Below, one piece after another: positions 37,200 to 51,265 of a stretch of 64,000 bases of DNA (the stretch's first letter is position 1; every line of letters starts with the position of its first letter). Source of the stretch: Eledone cirrhosa (taxonomy: Eukaryota); the NCBI GenBank assembly GCA_964016885.1, contig OZ024760.1, positions 34,968,001-35,032,000 of the forward strand. Reading direction: 5' to 3'. The notes under the pieces were generated by a model. That model had not been told where the DNA came from, made no database searches, and saw only the letters and a list, made by a program, of their open reading frames with translations. The position numbers and the translations under genes were made by a program.

Positions 37200-40100
37200 C
37201 TATAGGCCATGATGGCTACCTATCTCACAATTTCCATCCCGCCCACCCCCTCACACCATCATAGCCTATTCGACCAATCAAACCTCAGCATGTCCACCAT
37301 TACCAACCCCAACAAACTCTGAAGCTTCAATTCAGAGACAGGAAGCATACACACACCCCTGCAAAAATCGACCATTTCCCACGAATGTTGACAAATGCCC
37401 AAAACTCCGAGTTGGTACCATCAATGTAAGCACAATGAAAGGAAGAGCAGGAGAAATCGTAGAGATGCTAGAGCGAAAGGAAATTGATGTGTGTTGTGTG
37501 CAAGAGACTAGATGGAGAGGAGAGTCTGCTCGAGTCCTTGTAGGAAAAAGTCAGTGCTACAAATTTTTCTGGGTGGGAAATGACGATGGGATGGGTGGTG
37601 TAGATATCCTACTACCTGATAAGTGGGTAGGGTGAACGCAAGAATCATTAAACTCAGACTAGTCCTGAATAAAACAATTACAACAATAATATCAGCTTAC
37701 GCACCCCAATCGGGGTTGCCAGACGAACTTAAGGATAGGTTTTACGAGTCCTTAATGCACACTACTGCTCTAACAAACGACAATGACTTCCTAATCATTG
37801 CGGGAGATTTTAACAGACACGTAGGTAAACACCGTGGCGGCTTCTATAGAGTCCATGGAGGCCATGAGGATGGCACAAGAAATGAAGAAGGATTCAGGCT
37901 TCTAGAATTCTGCGACGCCAATGACATGTTGATATGTAACACAAACTTAAAAAAACCCGACAACCACCTGATCACCTATAGATCAGGGGAGCATTCTAGT
38001 CAGATAGATTTTATCCTCATTGGAGGACGTGACAGATGGATGGTTGTAAACACAAAAGCCTTCCCTAGGGAGGAATGTACCTCCCAACATAGCTTAGTTG
38101 TCAGCGACCTCACGGTCAGAACTAGACGAACGTGGAAACAGAAGCCAACCTGGAGAAGAAAGATCTGGAAGCTGAAAGACCCCTCAGCCAGTAACAGATT
38201 TAAAGATATTTTACTCAACGCCTATGACAGTAAAGAAGAACATTCAATGTAGAAGAGCACAGGGAGTTCCTAAAAAATAACTTACTAAAGGCGACGGTTC
38301 AGATCTGTGGCTGGAGTAAGACCACAGGCAGGTGGAACAATAAGGTAGATGAGGCAGTTAAGGCCAAGAGACAGGCATGGAAAGAATGGAAGAACGGGGG
38401 AAGCAGGGTACATTACATAGAGACCAAGAGGGAAGCTAGGCGACAAATATACTTAGCTAGGAGAGAAGCAGAGGATAGAAAATTCAAGCATGTTTTGCAA
38501 CGTGAGGACCAGAAACAGGAGGTGTTCAAGATTGCGAGGCAGTGTGTCAGAGAGAATTGTGATGTCATTGGAAAGAAGTGTATCCGGAGTGATAAAGGTG
38601 AGCTTGCCCTCACAAGTGCTGAGAAGAAAGATGCGTGGAAGAGCCATTATGATAGATTACTAAATGAGGAGAATGCATGGGAAGAAGAGACCCTACCCTA
38701 AGTAGACCATATAGAGGGGTCAGAAACAGTGTAGTAAGTAAGGCAATCAAAGATATGAAGACGGGGAAGGCAACCGGTCCATCGGGTATAGCTGCCGAGA
38801 TGCTGAAGGCATCTAGATCAGTAGGTCACACCATAACCACACGTATTGTTAACCAGGTAATATTAGAAGGTGTCGTACCAAAGGATTGGTGCAGTAGCAT
38901 CATTGTCAACTGCTACAAAGGTAGAGGTGATGCAGTAGATAGAGGAAACTACAGAGGTATAAAGCTGATGGACCAGATCATGAAAATAACAGAAAGAGTT
39001 ATAGCACAGTTGATTAGGGACCGGGTGAAACTAGATGAGATGCAATTTGGGTTTGTGCCAGGAAGAGGCACCACTGATGCCCACTTCCTTGTGAAGCAGT
39101 TACAGGAAAAGTACCTAGCTAAAAGTAAGCCACTCTACCTAGCATTCGTCAATCTCGAGAAAGCCTTTGACAGAGTTCCCCGTGCTATAATCTGGTGGGC
39201 TCTTAGAAAATTAGTAGATGAATGGCTTGTGAAAGCTGTACAAGCCATGTATAGGGGAGCAGTCAGCAAAGTTAGGATTAGCAATGAGTATAGCGAGGAA
39301 TTTAGCGTACAGGTCGGTGTCTACCAGGGCTCTGCTCTTAGCCCTCTCCTGTTCATCATAGTCCTGCAGGCAATAACGGAGGAGTTTAAGACCGGATGCC
39401 CATGGGAACTCCTGTATGCAGATTACCTCGCACTTATAGCTGAATCTATGGTAGAACTAGAGAAGAAATTCCAAACTTGGAAGCAGGGTCTAGAAAGAAA
39501 GGGTTTCAAAGTCAACCTGACAAAGACTAAGGTCCTTGTAAGTAGACGAGAAAACAGAACCAGATCCCCTCAGGGAAATGGCCTTGCTCAGTATATAGGA
39601 AAGGTGTATGTAGGAACTCCATTCTCTGCCCCAAATGCAAACAATGGGTACACAAAAGATGTAGCGGGATCTCAGGAAGCTTAACTAAGAATGTAGGCTT
39701 CACATGTAGCAGCTGTGCTGGGACAGCAAGCAGCAAACAGCCACAGGAAACAAGTACCACCAAACTCTGGGAGGGCTCTGTAGAAACAGTAGACAGCTTC
39801 TGCTACCTAGGTGACCGAATTAGCAGCGGAGGTGGGTGTTCGGAAAGTACAATAACTAGGGTAAGAACGAGATGGAAGAAGTTGCTAGCTGAAAAAGGCT
39901 TCTCCCTCAAAATGAAAGGCAGACTTTATGATGAGTGTATACGAACAGCAATGTTACATGGTAGTGAGACCTGGGCGCTGAAGGTGGAAGACTTGCATAG
40001 ATTAAAACGAAACGAAGCCTGCATGCTCCGATGGATGTGTAATAGTAATATACGTGAACGGCAAAGCATAAATGAATTGAGAGAGAGACTGAGCATAAGA

Positions 40101-40675
40101 AGAATCAAATACTGTGTGCAGGAGAGGCGGTTGCGTTGGTATGGACATGTGATGCGTATGAAGGATGACAGCTGCATAAAAAGGTGCAGAGCACTAGAAG
40201 TCGATGGAAACTGCAGAGCGGGGAGGCCCAAGAAGACCTGGGATGAGGTGATAAAAGCCGACCTTACCCAATTACACCTCTCAAAGGCGATGACACACGA
40301 CCGTGACCTCTGGCGTCACACAGTAATACAGAAGACCCAACCCCCCACGGGTACAAACTGAAGCATATAGACAATATACCCCCACACCCTCCCATGCAAA
40401 ATGGTCGTGGAGGTGCCACAGCAAAAAAGCACCCAGCCCACACTGTAAAGTGGACATATAGGCGCCACAGAAATAAAGCACCCAGCACTCACAGTAAATG
40501 AGGTTGGTGTTAGGAAGAGCATCCAGCTGTAGAAATCAATCCAGAATCAGTTACCGATGAACAAGACATGGTCAGCCGACCGGACACTGCCCACAACAGG
40601 ACAACCCGTCTAACCCATGCTAGCGTGGAAGAACGGACGTAAAACGTTGATGATGATGATGATGATGATGATGAT
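37200..40675 (+). mobile_element. Degraded near full-length RTE LINE, related to 7218-11280
   Basis: Fragmented APE/RT ORFs 37400-40361 closely similar to the first RTE; (GAT)n tail at 40648-40675. Confidence 0.92.
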
Positions 40676-40804
40676 ATAAATTATTTATATACATATATAT
40701 CTATGTATATATATGTATGTAAATATACATATATATATATATTTATATATATATGTATGTATACCAACACACACACACAGACACATATATATATATATGT
40801 ATAT

Positions 40805-41530
40805 ATCACAGAAGGCCTGGTTTCAACCCTACAACTACCAAAATGTATTTAAAGGAATTTAAAGATAATTTAGCTGCTATTTCTAGTTAAACTAGATACT
40901 CTTAGTTATATAACCTCCCAGGCCGACTGCGCTGTCACAGTTCCTATTTATGGTGACTTTGACAGGAATATAAAGCTACTTTAGCATAAACTAGATACTC
41001 TTTGTTACATTACCTCCCAACTGAAGAAAATATATTTTTGTAGTAGTACGTGTTAACCTCTCTGTGATGTCACAGCTGCTATTTCTGGTGGCTTCAATAA
41101 GGAATTTCAAATATGGATTAGCTGCTATTTCTAGCATAAACTAGATACTCTTTATTATATTACCTCCTCCAAAACAAAATATATATTTAGGTAGTAGTAG
41201 ATGTGAAACCAGGCCTCATGTGATGTCACAGCTGCCATTATGGCAGCTTGTACAAACATTTTAAGATAATTTAGCTGCTATTTCTACAATAAACTAGATA
41301 CTCTTTGTTATATTACCTCGCAACTCAAGAATATATATCTCGGTAGTAGTAGGTGTTAAACAAGGCCCTCAGTGATGTTACAGCTGCTATTTGTTTGTTG
41401 CTTGCACAGCAATTTAAAAGGGTATTTACCTGCTATTTCTAGCATAATGTAGATACTCTCTGTTACATTACCTCGCACCTCAATTATTTATATTTTGGTA
41501 GTAGTAGGTATTAAACAAGCCCCTCAGTAA
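40805..41530. repeat. Tandem repeat with ~154-bp unit (~5 degenerate copies)
   Basis: AGATACTC recurs at ~40894, 40993, 41143, 41297, 41451, together with GCTGCTATTTCTAG. Confidence 0.8.
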
Positions 41531-42399
41531 TAAAAAAACTTACGTCTACAACTTTGCATTTTCCTCTTTTTAGATATACTCCGTCATCCTTATTTTAATG
41601 AATTAATCTGATAACGATTGTTTGAAGTCTATTGCATACTTGTATACCGAATATATATACATACATACATGATGATGGCTGCCCCCTCGTTATCGAGTAT
41701 GGCCATTGCACGATATACCATTATTAGTAATTATTAATTAATTCTATTGTGCAATGCCTGTGCATAAAGATTTTTTTAAAGTGAAGAAAGACTGAGCCAA
41801 TCTCACTCTCTGAGCGACAGTAGCTATAACCCGAAAAGAAGAAAAGATCAACATCATCAGTAACTACTGAGCCGCAGGTATTATGTCGGAGTTATACCAG
41901 TTTCCTGACTTGCCTTCTCTTGAGAAGAATGTCCTGACAAAGGCTAGGGGTCATTCACTCCCAGTTGTTTAACCGCGCGATTGGGTATCCAGCCCGACTA
42001 TTTCCTTGTCCTCACGCATATACATACATATGTACATATGTATATACATATTTACACATTTTGGGATGAACGTTGACTCTTATGATATATTTCAGATATA
42101 TCGTCATTTCTACGGTACATCTAAACATGTAACTGGAGCTAAGAAAACCCCGCCACGAAAAGAGGCCCGACCCAGTGGTGCCAAACCAAAAGGTATGCAT
42201 AATTTCTCTCTCTCTCTCTCTCTATCTATCTCCCTCTCTCTCCCATACACTTACATAAGGTCATATAATTCAGCATTGTGGCTCTCTCTAAAATGGGAAA
42301 AGAAAGGCAAGGTTGACATATAATTAGATAGATACATAGATACAACGCCGCTCACTCATATTTGTCTGTATGGCTGACTTTCTAAATAAAACACAATTC

Positions 42400-42620
42400 A
42401 AAGAAAAAAGTCAAGGTGAGGGAAGTAACTCATGAAAAAGAGATAACTGAAGTTAAAAAAAAAAAGAGGTCAGGTTTAGGGAGTTAACTCATGAAAAAGG
42501 AGATAATTGAAGTCAAAGAAAAATGTCAAGGTAAGGGAGGTAACTGATGACGAAGGAGATAACTGAAGTCAAACAAAATAGTCAAGTCAGGATAAAGGAG
42601 ATAAGAGAAGTCAATGAAAA
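42400..42620. repeat. ~57-bp minisatellite (~3.5 copies)
   Basis: GTCAAGGT.AGGGA.GTAACT.ATGA.AAAGGAGATAACTGAAGT recurs. Confidence 0.7.
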
Positions 42621-43992
42621 AAGTCATTTCTGTATTAAATATTGCATAAATACTATTTACTACAAATTAAAGAGTTCTTGTCCTTTAGAAGCCATTTCTG
42701 TATTAAATATGACATATAATGTACTATTTCCTTCGAATTAATAAGCTTTAGACATTTAGAAGCCATTTCTGTATTAAATATGGCGTATACCCGACTATTT
42801 CCCTCGAATTAATGAGTTCTAGCACTGTAGAAGCTATTTCTGTATTAAATATTGCATATACACTACTATTTCCTTCGAATTAATGTGTCCTAGCCCCGTG
42901 GAAGCTATTTACATATTAAATATTGCATATACACTACTATTTCCTTTGAGTTAATGTGTCCTAGCCCTGTGGAAGCTATTTACATATTAAATATTGAATA
43001 TAATCTATTAATATCCTTCAAAGAAAGAGCCCTAGTGCTTTAGAAGCCTTTTCTGTATTAAATATACTACTATTTCCTACAAATATATTAGATTTAGTCC
43101 TTTAGAAGCCATTTCTGTATTAAATATTGCATAGAGTCTACTATTTTCTTCGAATTTAGGAGTCTATTAATATGGCCTTGTGACAAAAGTAGAAATAATT
43201 ATTAATATCCTTCAGATTAAAGAGTTATAGTGCTTTAGAAGCCATCCCAGTGCATATATACCACTATTTCCTCCAAATATATTAGTTCTAGTCATGTTGA
43301 AGCCATTTCTGTATTAAATATGGTATATACACTACTATTTCCTTCGAATTAATGAGTTCGAGACTTGTAGAAGCTATTTATATGTTAAATATTGCATATA
43401 ATCTACTAATATCCTTCAAATAAAAAAGTTCTAGTCCTTTAGAAGCAATTTCTTCATTAAATATTGCATTTACACTACTATTTCCTTCAAATTAATTAGT
43501 GAGACTTGCAGAACCTATTTATGTATTTAATATTGCATATAATCAAATTAAAGAGTTGTAATGCTTCAGAAGCCATTTACAGAAATATTGCATATACTTC
43601 ACTATTTCCTCGAAATATATTAGTTTTAGTCCCATAGAAGCCATTTCTGTAATAAATATTGCATATACTCTATTTCCTTTGAATTGAAGAGTTCTAATCC
43701 TTTAAAAGCCATTTCTGTATTAAATATTGAATATACACTACTATTTCCTTCGAATTAATGTTTGAGATTTGTAGAAGCTATTGATATATTAAATATTGCA
43801 TATAATTACTAATATCCTTCAAATTAAAGAATTCTATTCCTTTACAAGCCTTTTCTGTATTAATTATAGCAAATATACTACTATTTCCTCCAAATATATT
43901 AGTTTTAGTCCTTTAGAAGCCATTTCTGTATCAAATATTGCATATAGTCTACTATTTTCTTTGAATTGAGGAGTCTATTAATATAATATTAT

Positions 43993-44095
43993 TCGAGGTT
44001 AACTTTGCCTTTCATCCTTATGGGGTCGATAAAATAAAGTACCAGTAATGTACTGGATAATTGCTGGCCTTGTGCCAAAAGTAGAAACAATTATT
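43993..44095 (+). mobile_element. SINE 3' half inserted in the satellite
   Basis: GAGGTTAACTTTGCCTTTCATCCTTATGGGGTCGAT...GTAGAAACAATTATT. Confidence 0.8.
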
Positions 44096-45671
44096 AATAT
44101 CCTTCAAATTAAAGAGTTCTAGCGCTTTAGAAGCCATCTCAGTATTAAATATTGCATATACACCACTATTTCCTCAAAATATATTAGTTCCAGTCATGTC
44201 GAAGCCATTTCTGTATTAAATATGACATATAATCTACCAATACCCTTCAAATTAAAGAGTTCTTGTCTTTTAGAAGCCATTTCCGTATTAATAGGACATA
44301 TAATGTACTATTTCCTTCGAATTAATGAGCTTTAGCCCTTTAGAAGCCATTTCTGTATTAAATATTGCATATACGATACTACTTCCTTCAAATTGAAGAG
44401 TTCTAGTCCTTTAGAAGCCATTTTTCTATTAAATATTGGATATAATCTACTAATACCCTTCAAATTAATGCGTTTTAGTCCTGTAGAAGCCATTTCTGTA
44501 TTAAATATTGCATATACTTTACTATTTCCTTCGAATTGAAGAATTCAAGCCCTGTGAAAATTATTTCTGTATTAAATATTACATATATACTACTATTTCC
44601 TCCAAATATATTAGTTTTAGTTCTGTGGAAGCCATTTTTGTATTAACTATTGCATACACTGTACTATTTCCTTCGGTTGAAGAGTTCTAGCCCTGTAGAA
44701 GCCATTTCTGTATTTAATATGGTATATACACTACTATTTCCTTCAAATTAATGAGTTGGAGACTTGTAGAAGCTATTTATATAAAGAGAGATGATATATC
44801 GTCCAGGTATGTGAATGACATCTCATCTCTCTTAAGATTATTAATTAAAACAGAAGGGCTTTAACGATAACAAGGCTAATCTTTTATTAAATGATTCATT
44901 TAATAAGACACAACATAATAATTACATTCATAGGACATACCCTGCAAGCTAAACGGCAATGGCTTAATTCTTACATTCAAGAAGAGATATGAAAATCTCT
45001 TGGTCAAAAACAGGCGTTTGTACAAAGTACGTCCACGTGGCAGGACAAAGGCGACTGGAATTTAAAACCAAATCTCTTGAGTTTTACATTGGCGTCTCTT
45101 CTTTTAGAGAACGCCGAGATAAGGGAAGTAATTCGCTCTTTTTTTGTGTTACCCACAGGTGGCGACACTGCGTTGCTATAGTCAACACACTGTCGCCATA
45201 GTTACCACAATCACCTCCGACCAGATTTTTAATAAAAATCGTAAAACAAACGATAGCATGGAGGAAATAGAAGTTGTAAATTGGTGCAAGAAAAATTCCT
45301 GTAGTAGATAACAATGAAGCCAAAGCCTTACAAGGTACTCTTTACAAGTTGTTGAAACCGGTTTCAAAACGAACAATATAGAGGTGAAATAGGTTAATGC
45401 ATGCAAGCATTACACAAAAAATATACAACAAATGCAATAATTATAGACATGCAGCAATAAATGCAAAATGCATTAAAAATACCATTCGCAGTAAGGGTCC
45501 CAAATGCGATAAAAAAAAACGATAGGCATTGAAAATGCCATAGGCAGTAAGGTTACAAAATGCAATGAAAAATTATAATATGCCTTAAAAATACCAAAGG
45601 CAGTCAGGGTACAAAATGCAACAACAAATTCAATATACAGTAAAAATAACTGCAAGAAAAAAGAATACAAT

Positions 45672-48600
45672 TCAGAAGTTTATAGTACTGCATAGCTTAC
45701 GGGGCCAATGCACCCTTCGACCTGAACGGGTCGTATTTCTGTATGTTGGTGGTGGTCGTGGGGGGGGCGAAGAAACAAGTGTATGTGGCGAAGAAAAAGA
45801 AGGGGGCATTTGTGGTTCAAGTGTCACCGTGTCAGTGTCCAGATTGGCTCGTTTGAGGCGATCAACGAAAATAGTTTCCCTGGACCCCCTAATGTCCACT
45901 GTGAAATGTTTCTCTGTACGAGCAAGCACACGATAGGGTACAGAGTACGGCCGTGTGAGAAGGGGTCTCACAGCGTCGTCTCTAACGAACACACATGTCC
46001 ACAAGGCAATATCCCTTGGGACGGCAGTTTTTACAGTTTGCTTCCTAGTGTCCATCGGTGGTAAATCCTGGAAGTAAGAATGAAGCCGGGACACGTAGGA
46101 AGCGGGATCCTGCGAAGCAAGATCAACAGGAGCAAGCATTTGCCCCGGTAACGCAAGAGGAGTACCATTAATCAATTCGGCTGGGGAGAACCCAAGGTCC
46201 ACCTTTATTGTCGACCGAATACCTAACAACACAATAGGTAGGTACTCACTCCAACGTGTAGAGTCCATTGAAGCCCTTAAAGAGGCTTTAAGCTGTCTGT
46301 GAAATCTTTCCACCATTCCGTTTGATGCTGGATGATATGCCGTGGTTCTTATGCGAGTAGCGCCAATAATTTGTGTTAATTCACGGAAGAGGTTCGATTC
46401 AAATTGACGACCGCTGTCCGTTGTTATTGTGGTTGGTACTCCAAAACGAGCGATCCATGCAGATACGAGGGTACGCGCTGTCGTTTCAGCAGTGATATCT
46501 GTCATAGGGATGGCTTCAGGCCAACGATCGTCAAAATATACGAATAACCACGACTAATCGGCCACGGGCCGACGATGTCCACATGAATGTGACGAAATCT
46601 GGCATCAGGACAGGTGAAAGTTCCGAGAGGAGTTTTAACGTGCTTATGAACTTTTGACTTTTGGCAAGCGACACAGGAACGGCACCAAGCAGCAATGTCA
46701 CGTCTCATATCAGGCCAGAAAAATCTGGCTGTTATGAGTTTTACCGAGGCTGTAGCTCCTGGGTGAGAAATGCCATGCAAAGCGAGAAATACAGTTCGTC
46801 GATGACCAACTGGGACGAGAGGTCGTGGTGAGTCCAACGAGATATCACAAAGTATCTGTCCGTCAGTGGTTGATAAAGGAAGGTATTTCATATTGCAGTT
46901 AATGAACTCCGGCGATGTGCAATCCAATGATTCAAGCGAGGATTGGTCAATGGCCATTTGACGCAAATCTATATCGTTAGACGACGAGATCGAAGCTATC
47001 GGGAGGCGTGACAAGGCGTCTGCCGCAGTGTTCAAAGCACCCGGAATATGTTGAATATCATTGGTGTATTGGGAAACAAAATCCAGATGTCTAGTTTCCC
47101 TATGCGAATATTTGTCAGATTTTGATCTTAAAGCGAAAATCAACGGTTTGTGATCTGTGAAAATAGTGAACGCTCTCCCGTCCAGAACATGGGAGAAATG
47201 TTTCACAGATAAATAAATTGCTAAAAGCTCACGCCCGAACGTACTATAACGATTTTCGGCAGGCTTTAGCTTTCTCGAAAAAGATTCCAGTGGTTGTTGT
47301 AAACCATCGCACTTCTGTTGCAAGACTGCGCCCACGACGGTATCCGACGCATCAACACAGAGCGATAGCTCGGCGTTGGGTACTGGGTGGGCGAGCAAAG
47401 ACGCGCTCGCTAACCCCTTTTTCACTTTTTTAAAATCCTCAAGCTGCGTTTTATTTAAGGAAATGTTCATATTCTTATGCCGGCAATTTTTAAAAATTTC
47501 TGTCAACGAGAACAGCAAGTTGGAACAATTAGGTACGAATCGCCTATACAAATTTACAAGGCCCAGGAATTGACGCAATTGTCGCAGTGAACTTGGCGGA
47601 GGCAAATCCGATACTGCCTTAACCTTCTCAGGAAGAGGTCGAATACCATCGGCGTCAATCAGATGGCCTAAAAATGTTAGTGAAGTCGAGCCGAAAACAC
47701 ACTTGGAAGCATTAATACGAACATTATATCTCTGTAAACGATGAAATAAGAGATCCAGATGCTTTGAATGCTGATGAGGGGAAGAACTAGCAATCAACAC
47801 ATCATCGATATACGTGTACACAAAATCCAGGCCCCGAGTAACATCATCCATAAATCGTTGGAAGGTACTAGCCGCATTTCTTAACCCGAAAGGCATAGTA
47901 AGGAACTCGAAAGATCCAAAAGGAGTGGCAATAGCAGTCTTCGGAATATCCTCCTTTTTAACCGGAATCTGATTATAAGCACGAATCAAATCGAGCTTAG
48001 AAAAAAATTGTGCAACCTTGTAATGAAGCGAAATCCTGCAAATGCGGGATTGGATAACGGTCAGGCACAGTAATCGCGTTTAAGCGTCGGTAGTCACCCG
48101 TCGGTCTCCAATCACCAGAAGATTTAAGTACCATATGTAGAGGCGATGCCCAAGGACTTGTGGAACGCCGAATTATTCCTAATTCCAGCATGTGGTCGAA
48201 TTCAGACCGTGCAGCTTTCAACTTCTCTGCAGATAATCTTCGAGGACGTGGGAAAACAGGTGGACCTGTAGTGGATATAAAGTGTTCAATCACATGATCC
48301 GGACTAGCAATTCGTAATCTTCCTTGCGTCAGCTGTGGGAATGATTTTAACAAACTGTGATACTGGTTGCCCACTTCAGCCAAGAAAAAAGCAGGGCTTA
48401 CTGTGGCGATCTCCGGCTTTGTACCCTCGAACGATAGGCCTGTATTAGCATCAAAAAGTCGTTGTCTGCTGATGTCAATCGACAAGGAAAAATGGTGGAG
48501 AAAATCCGCTCCCAAAATGGCGTATGGCAAGTCGGCGATAGTAAACTTCCACTTCAATTCACGACGCAAATTTTTTAACCGAAGAGGAAGCGAAATTTGC

Positions 48601-48818
48601 CCGTACGTTCGAATGGCCGCGTGGTTGACTGCTCGTAAATTTATATTTGATTCAGATGGGTTTTTTTTGAGATAACCGACTGGCCAAATACTCAGCGACG
48701 CGCCAGTATCGACAAGGAAAAATTTTTTCGACCGCAGGTCGTAAACGAAAAGATGGCGGTTCGGTCGATTTTCCCAGAGTTCACTAGCCGCCCCTAGTGG
48801 CTCTGCTTTGCGTTTTCC
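45672..48818 (-). pseudogene. pol: Gypsy 2 Pol (PR-RT-RNaseH-IN), two frameshifts
   Basis: FLVDTGA; [11 protein letters not shown]; TYIDD; VDAS; TDHKPL; HVDIVGP; TDSGRQF; NGMVERFHR; [10 protein letters not shown]. Confidence 0.93.
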
Positions 48819-49631
48819 GATCTCTTGTAATTACAGGGCGTGCGACAACGTTGTGCCCTACTGCCGAAGTTAGCATGATACCAACAAAACGAAGAATTAT
48901 TGTTGTCTGCGTTGTAGTGCTGGCGATGAATAGAAGACGGCGGCGAACGGTACTCGTAGCGGTTTCGAGGAATAGCAGACGGAGGCGAACGGTACCTCAA
49001 ACGTTGAGAAGGCTCTCTGTGTTGTACGGTCAAATCCTCCACTTTTTGGGTGAGCGCTTCGATCATCTCCAACAGTTTGCTGTCGGCCACAGAAGAATTG
49101 CGTGGGGGAACAGAAGAAGAAGCCACACAAGGATTATGCCGACTGCTGTTAGAGTCCACCTCTAGTATTCTATCCGCGGATGCGGCAAGTTGATCAAAAC
49201 GATTCCCTCTCCAAATTATTGACCAAGACCATTTGCGCACTTGGCGGTAAACGAGAGAAAAATAGTTGTTTGAGGAATGGGGTGTCCATCCCCTGGGAGT
49301 CGCTCAACTCCCGCAGATGTCACAAATAGGAGCTTGGCGTCCTGTCACCCATTTGCGTATCATCTATCAATTCCCCAAAGCGACTTTCCGCTGACGTGGT
49401 ATTCCTCCGAATAATTTCCCCTTTCAACGAGCCATAAGTAACGTCTGCGGCTAAATTGGTTATCACATCCTTCACGGAATATGCCAACGACACAGGCAAG
49501 CCACTAACTCGTACCTTCAGTTTATGCTGTTCTTTGGTTTTGGTTAAATCAAAATAGCATTCAAGCTGCAAAAACCATAACTTGATGTCGCCTGCGAAGG
49601 ACGGCAAATGATGTTGATTCATGATGCCCAA
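48794..49631 (-). pseudogene. gag: Gypsy 2 Gag (broken)
   Basis: LWFLQLECYF; MGDRTPS; CWYHANFGSRAQRCRTPC. Confidence 0.85.
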
Positions 49632-50989
49632 AGATTTGATGAATTTTTAAGGCCAAATTATTTCTTCGAAGCAGCTATGCGACCAAAAAATGACACTGGA
49701 ATCCAAAATCTTATTCACGCGAATTCAACTGAAATTCTTTTTGAAAATTCTCGCCGGCCAAAATAAAATTTGCATAATAAAAAAAATTATTATCCATGAA
49801 AATTATTTGGTAAGAAAATCCCAAGATGGCTGATTGAAAAATGTGTTTGTGATGAAGAAGCCGTCATGTGGCACGATGCAGCCAATCAGATGGCTGGGAT
49901 TGAAGAAGACAAGCTGTACGCGGGAAAACAACATTTTTGTTATTTTAACAGAAGGTTAAAAGCAAAATTTTATATCCAGAGAAATCCTTTTTTTTTTTTT
50001 TTTCTTTTTTTTTTTGAAAGAGAGAAGTTGATGCAAAAGGAAAAGTATTGTTCACTCAAAGACAAGATACCAAACAACAACGGGCCTGAATTCCATATAT
50101 ATATGTGCAGCGTCGCACACTTTGTACATAAAATAAATATCATTGTTGATAAAACGCTGGATGAGTTGTGATAATTTTTTTTTGTTTTTATCTAACTATG
50201 CTTGCAAGGCAGGTCAGAAGGAGATACAATTCAGCAATACAGAAGAATTTTAAAAGTTGTTCTTAGTCGGGGTCACCAATAAAAAGAAATGATATATATG
50301 TCCAGGTGTGTGAACGACATCTCATCTCTCTAAGATTATTAATTAAAACAGAACAGCTTTAACGATAACAAGGCTAATCTTTTATTAAATGATTCATTTA
50401 ATAAGACACAACATAATAATTACATTCATAGGACATACCCTGCAAGCTAAACGGCAATGGCTTAATTCTTACATTCAAGAAGAGGCGTTTGTACAAAGTA
50501 CGTCCACGTGGCAGGACAAAGGCGACTGGAATTTAAAACCAAATCTCTTGAGTTTTACATTGGCGTCTCTTCTTTTAGAGAACGCCGAGATAAGGGAAGT
50601 AATTCGCTCTTTTTTTGTGTTACCCACAGGTGGCGACACTGCATTGCTATAGTCAACACACTGTCGCCATAGTTACTATATATATGTTAAATATTGCATA
50701 TAATCTACTAATATCCTTCGAATTAATTTGTGAGACTTGCAGAACCTATTTATGTATTTAATATTGTATATAATCTACTAATATCCTTCAAATTAAAAAT
50801 TTGTAATGTTTAGGAAGCCATTTCTGGATTAAATATTGCATATACTTCACTATTTCCTCCAAATATATTAGTTTTAGCCCCATAGAAGCCATTTCTGTAT
50901 TAAATATTGCATATACTCTACTATTTCCTTTGAATTGAAGAGTTCTAATCCTTTAAAAGCCATTTCTGTATTAAATATTGTATATTCTC

Positions 50990-51265
50990 AGACCGGGTGA
51001 TGTGTTGTTTCCTTGAGCAAGACACTTTATTTCACATTGCTCCAGTTTACTCAGCTGTAGAAATGAGATGATAGGGACTGGGGTCCCTATCATTCCACTG
51101 CAAAGTGGTCGTGTAGGTGCCACAGAAAAAAAAGCACCCAGCACTCACTGTAAATGAGGTTGGTGTTAGGAAGGGCATCCAACTGTAGAAATCAAGCCAG
51201 AATCAGTTCACGTCCCACCCTTGCAAGCAGGGAAAAGCGGACGTAAAATGATGATGATGATGATA
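50990..51265 (+). mobile_element. CORE-type SINE with RTE-derived 3' tail
   Basis: CCTTGAGCAAGACACTTTATTTCACATTGCTCCAG..CTCAGCTG core, then GGTTGGTGTTAGGAAGGGCATCC..GGACGTAAAATGATGATG. Confidence 0.75.

Larger units (their letters stand above)
44780..50680 (-). mobile_element. Full-length Ty3/Gypsy LTR retrotransposon (element 2), related to element 1
   Basis: LTRs ~44780-45209 and ~50280-50680 (the 5' LTR lacks ~29 bp); PBS TGGTGACCCCGAC at 50266-50278; PPT at 45210-45224; inserted in the TATAT of a satellite unit. Confidence 0.94.

Noticed and set aside
42544-42560. CTGATGA heptamer
   Set aside because: A minisatellite variant with no stems or matching GAAA. The same applies to CTGATGA at ~3959 (start of a GAT tail) and within Gypsy pol.
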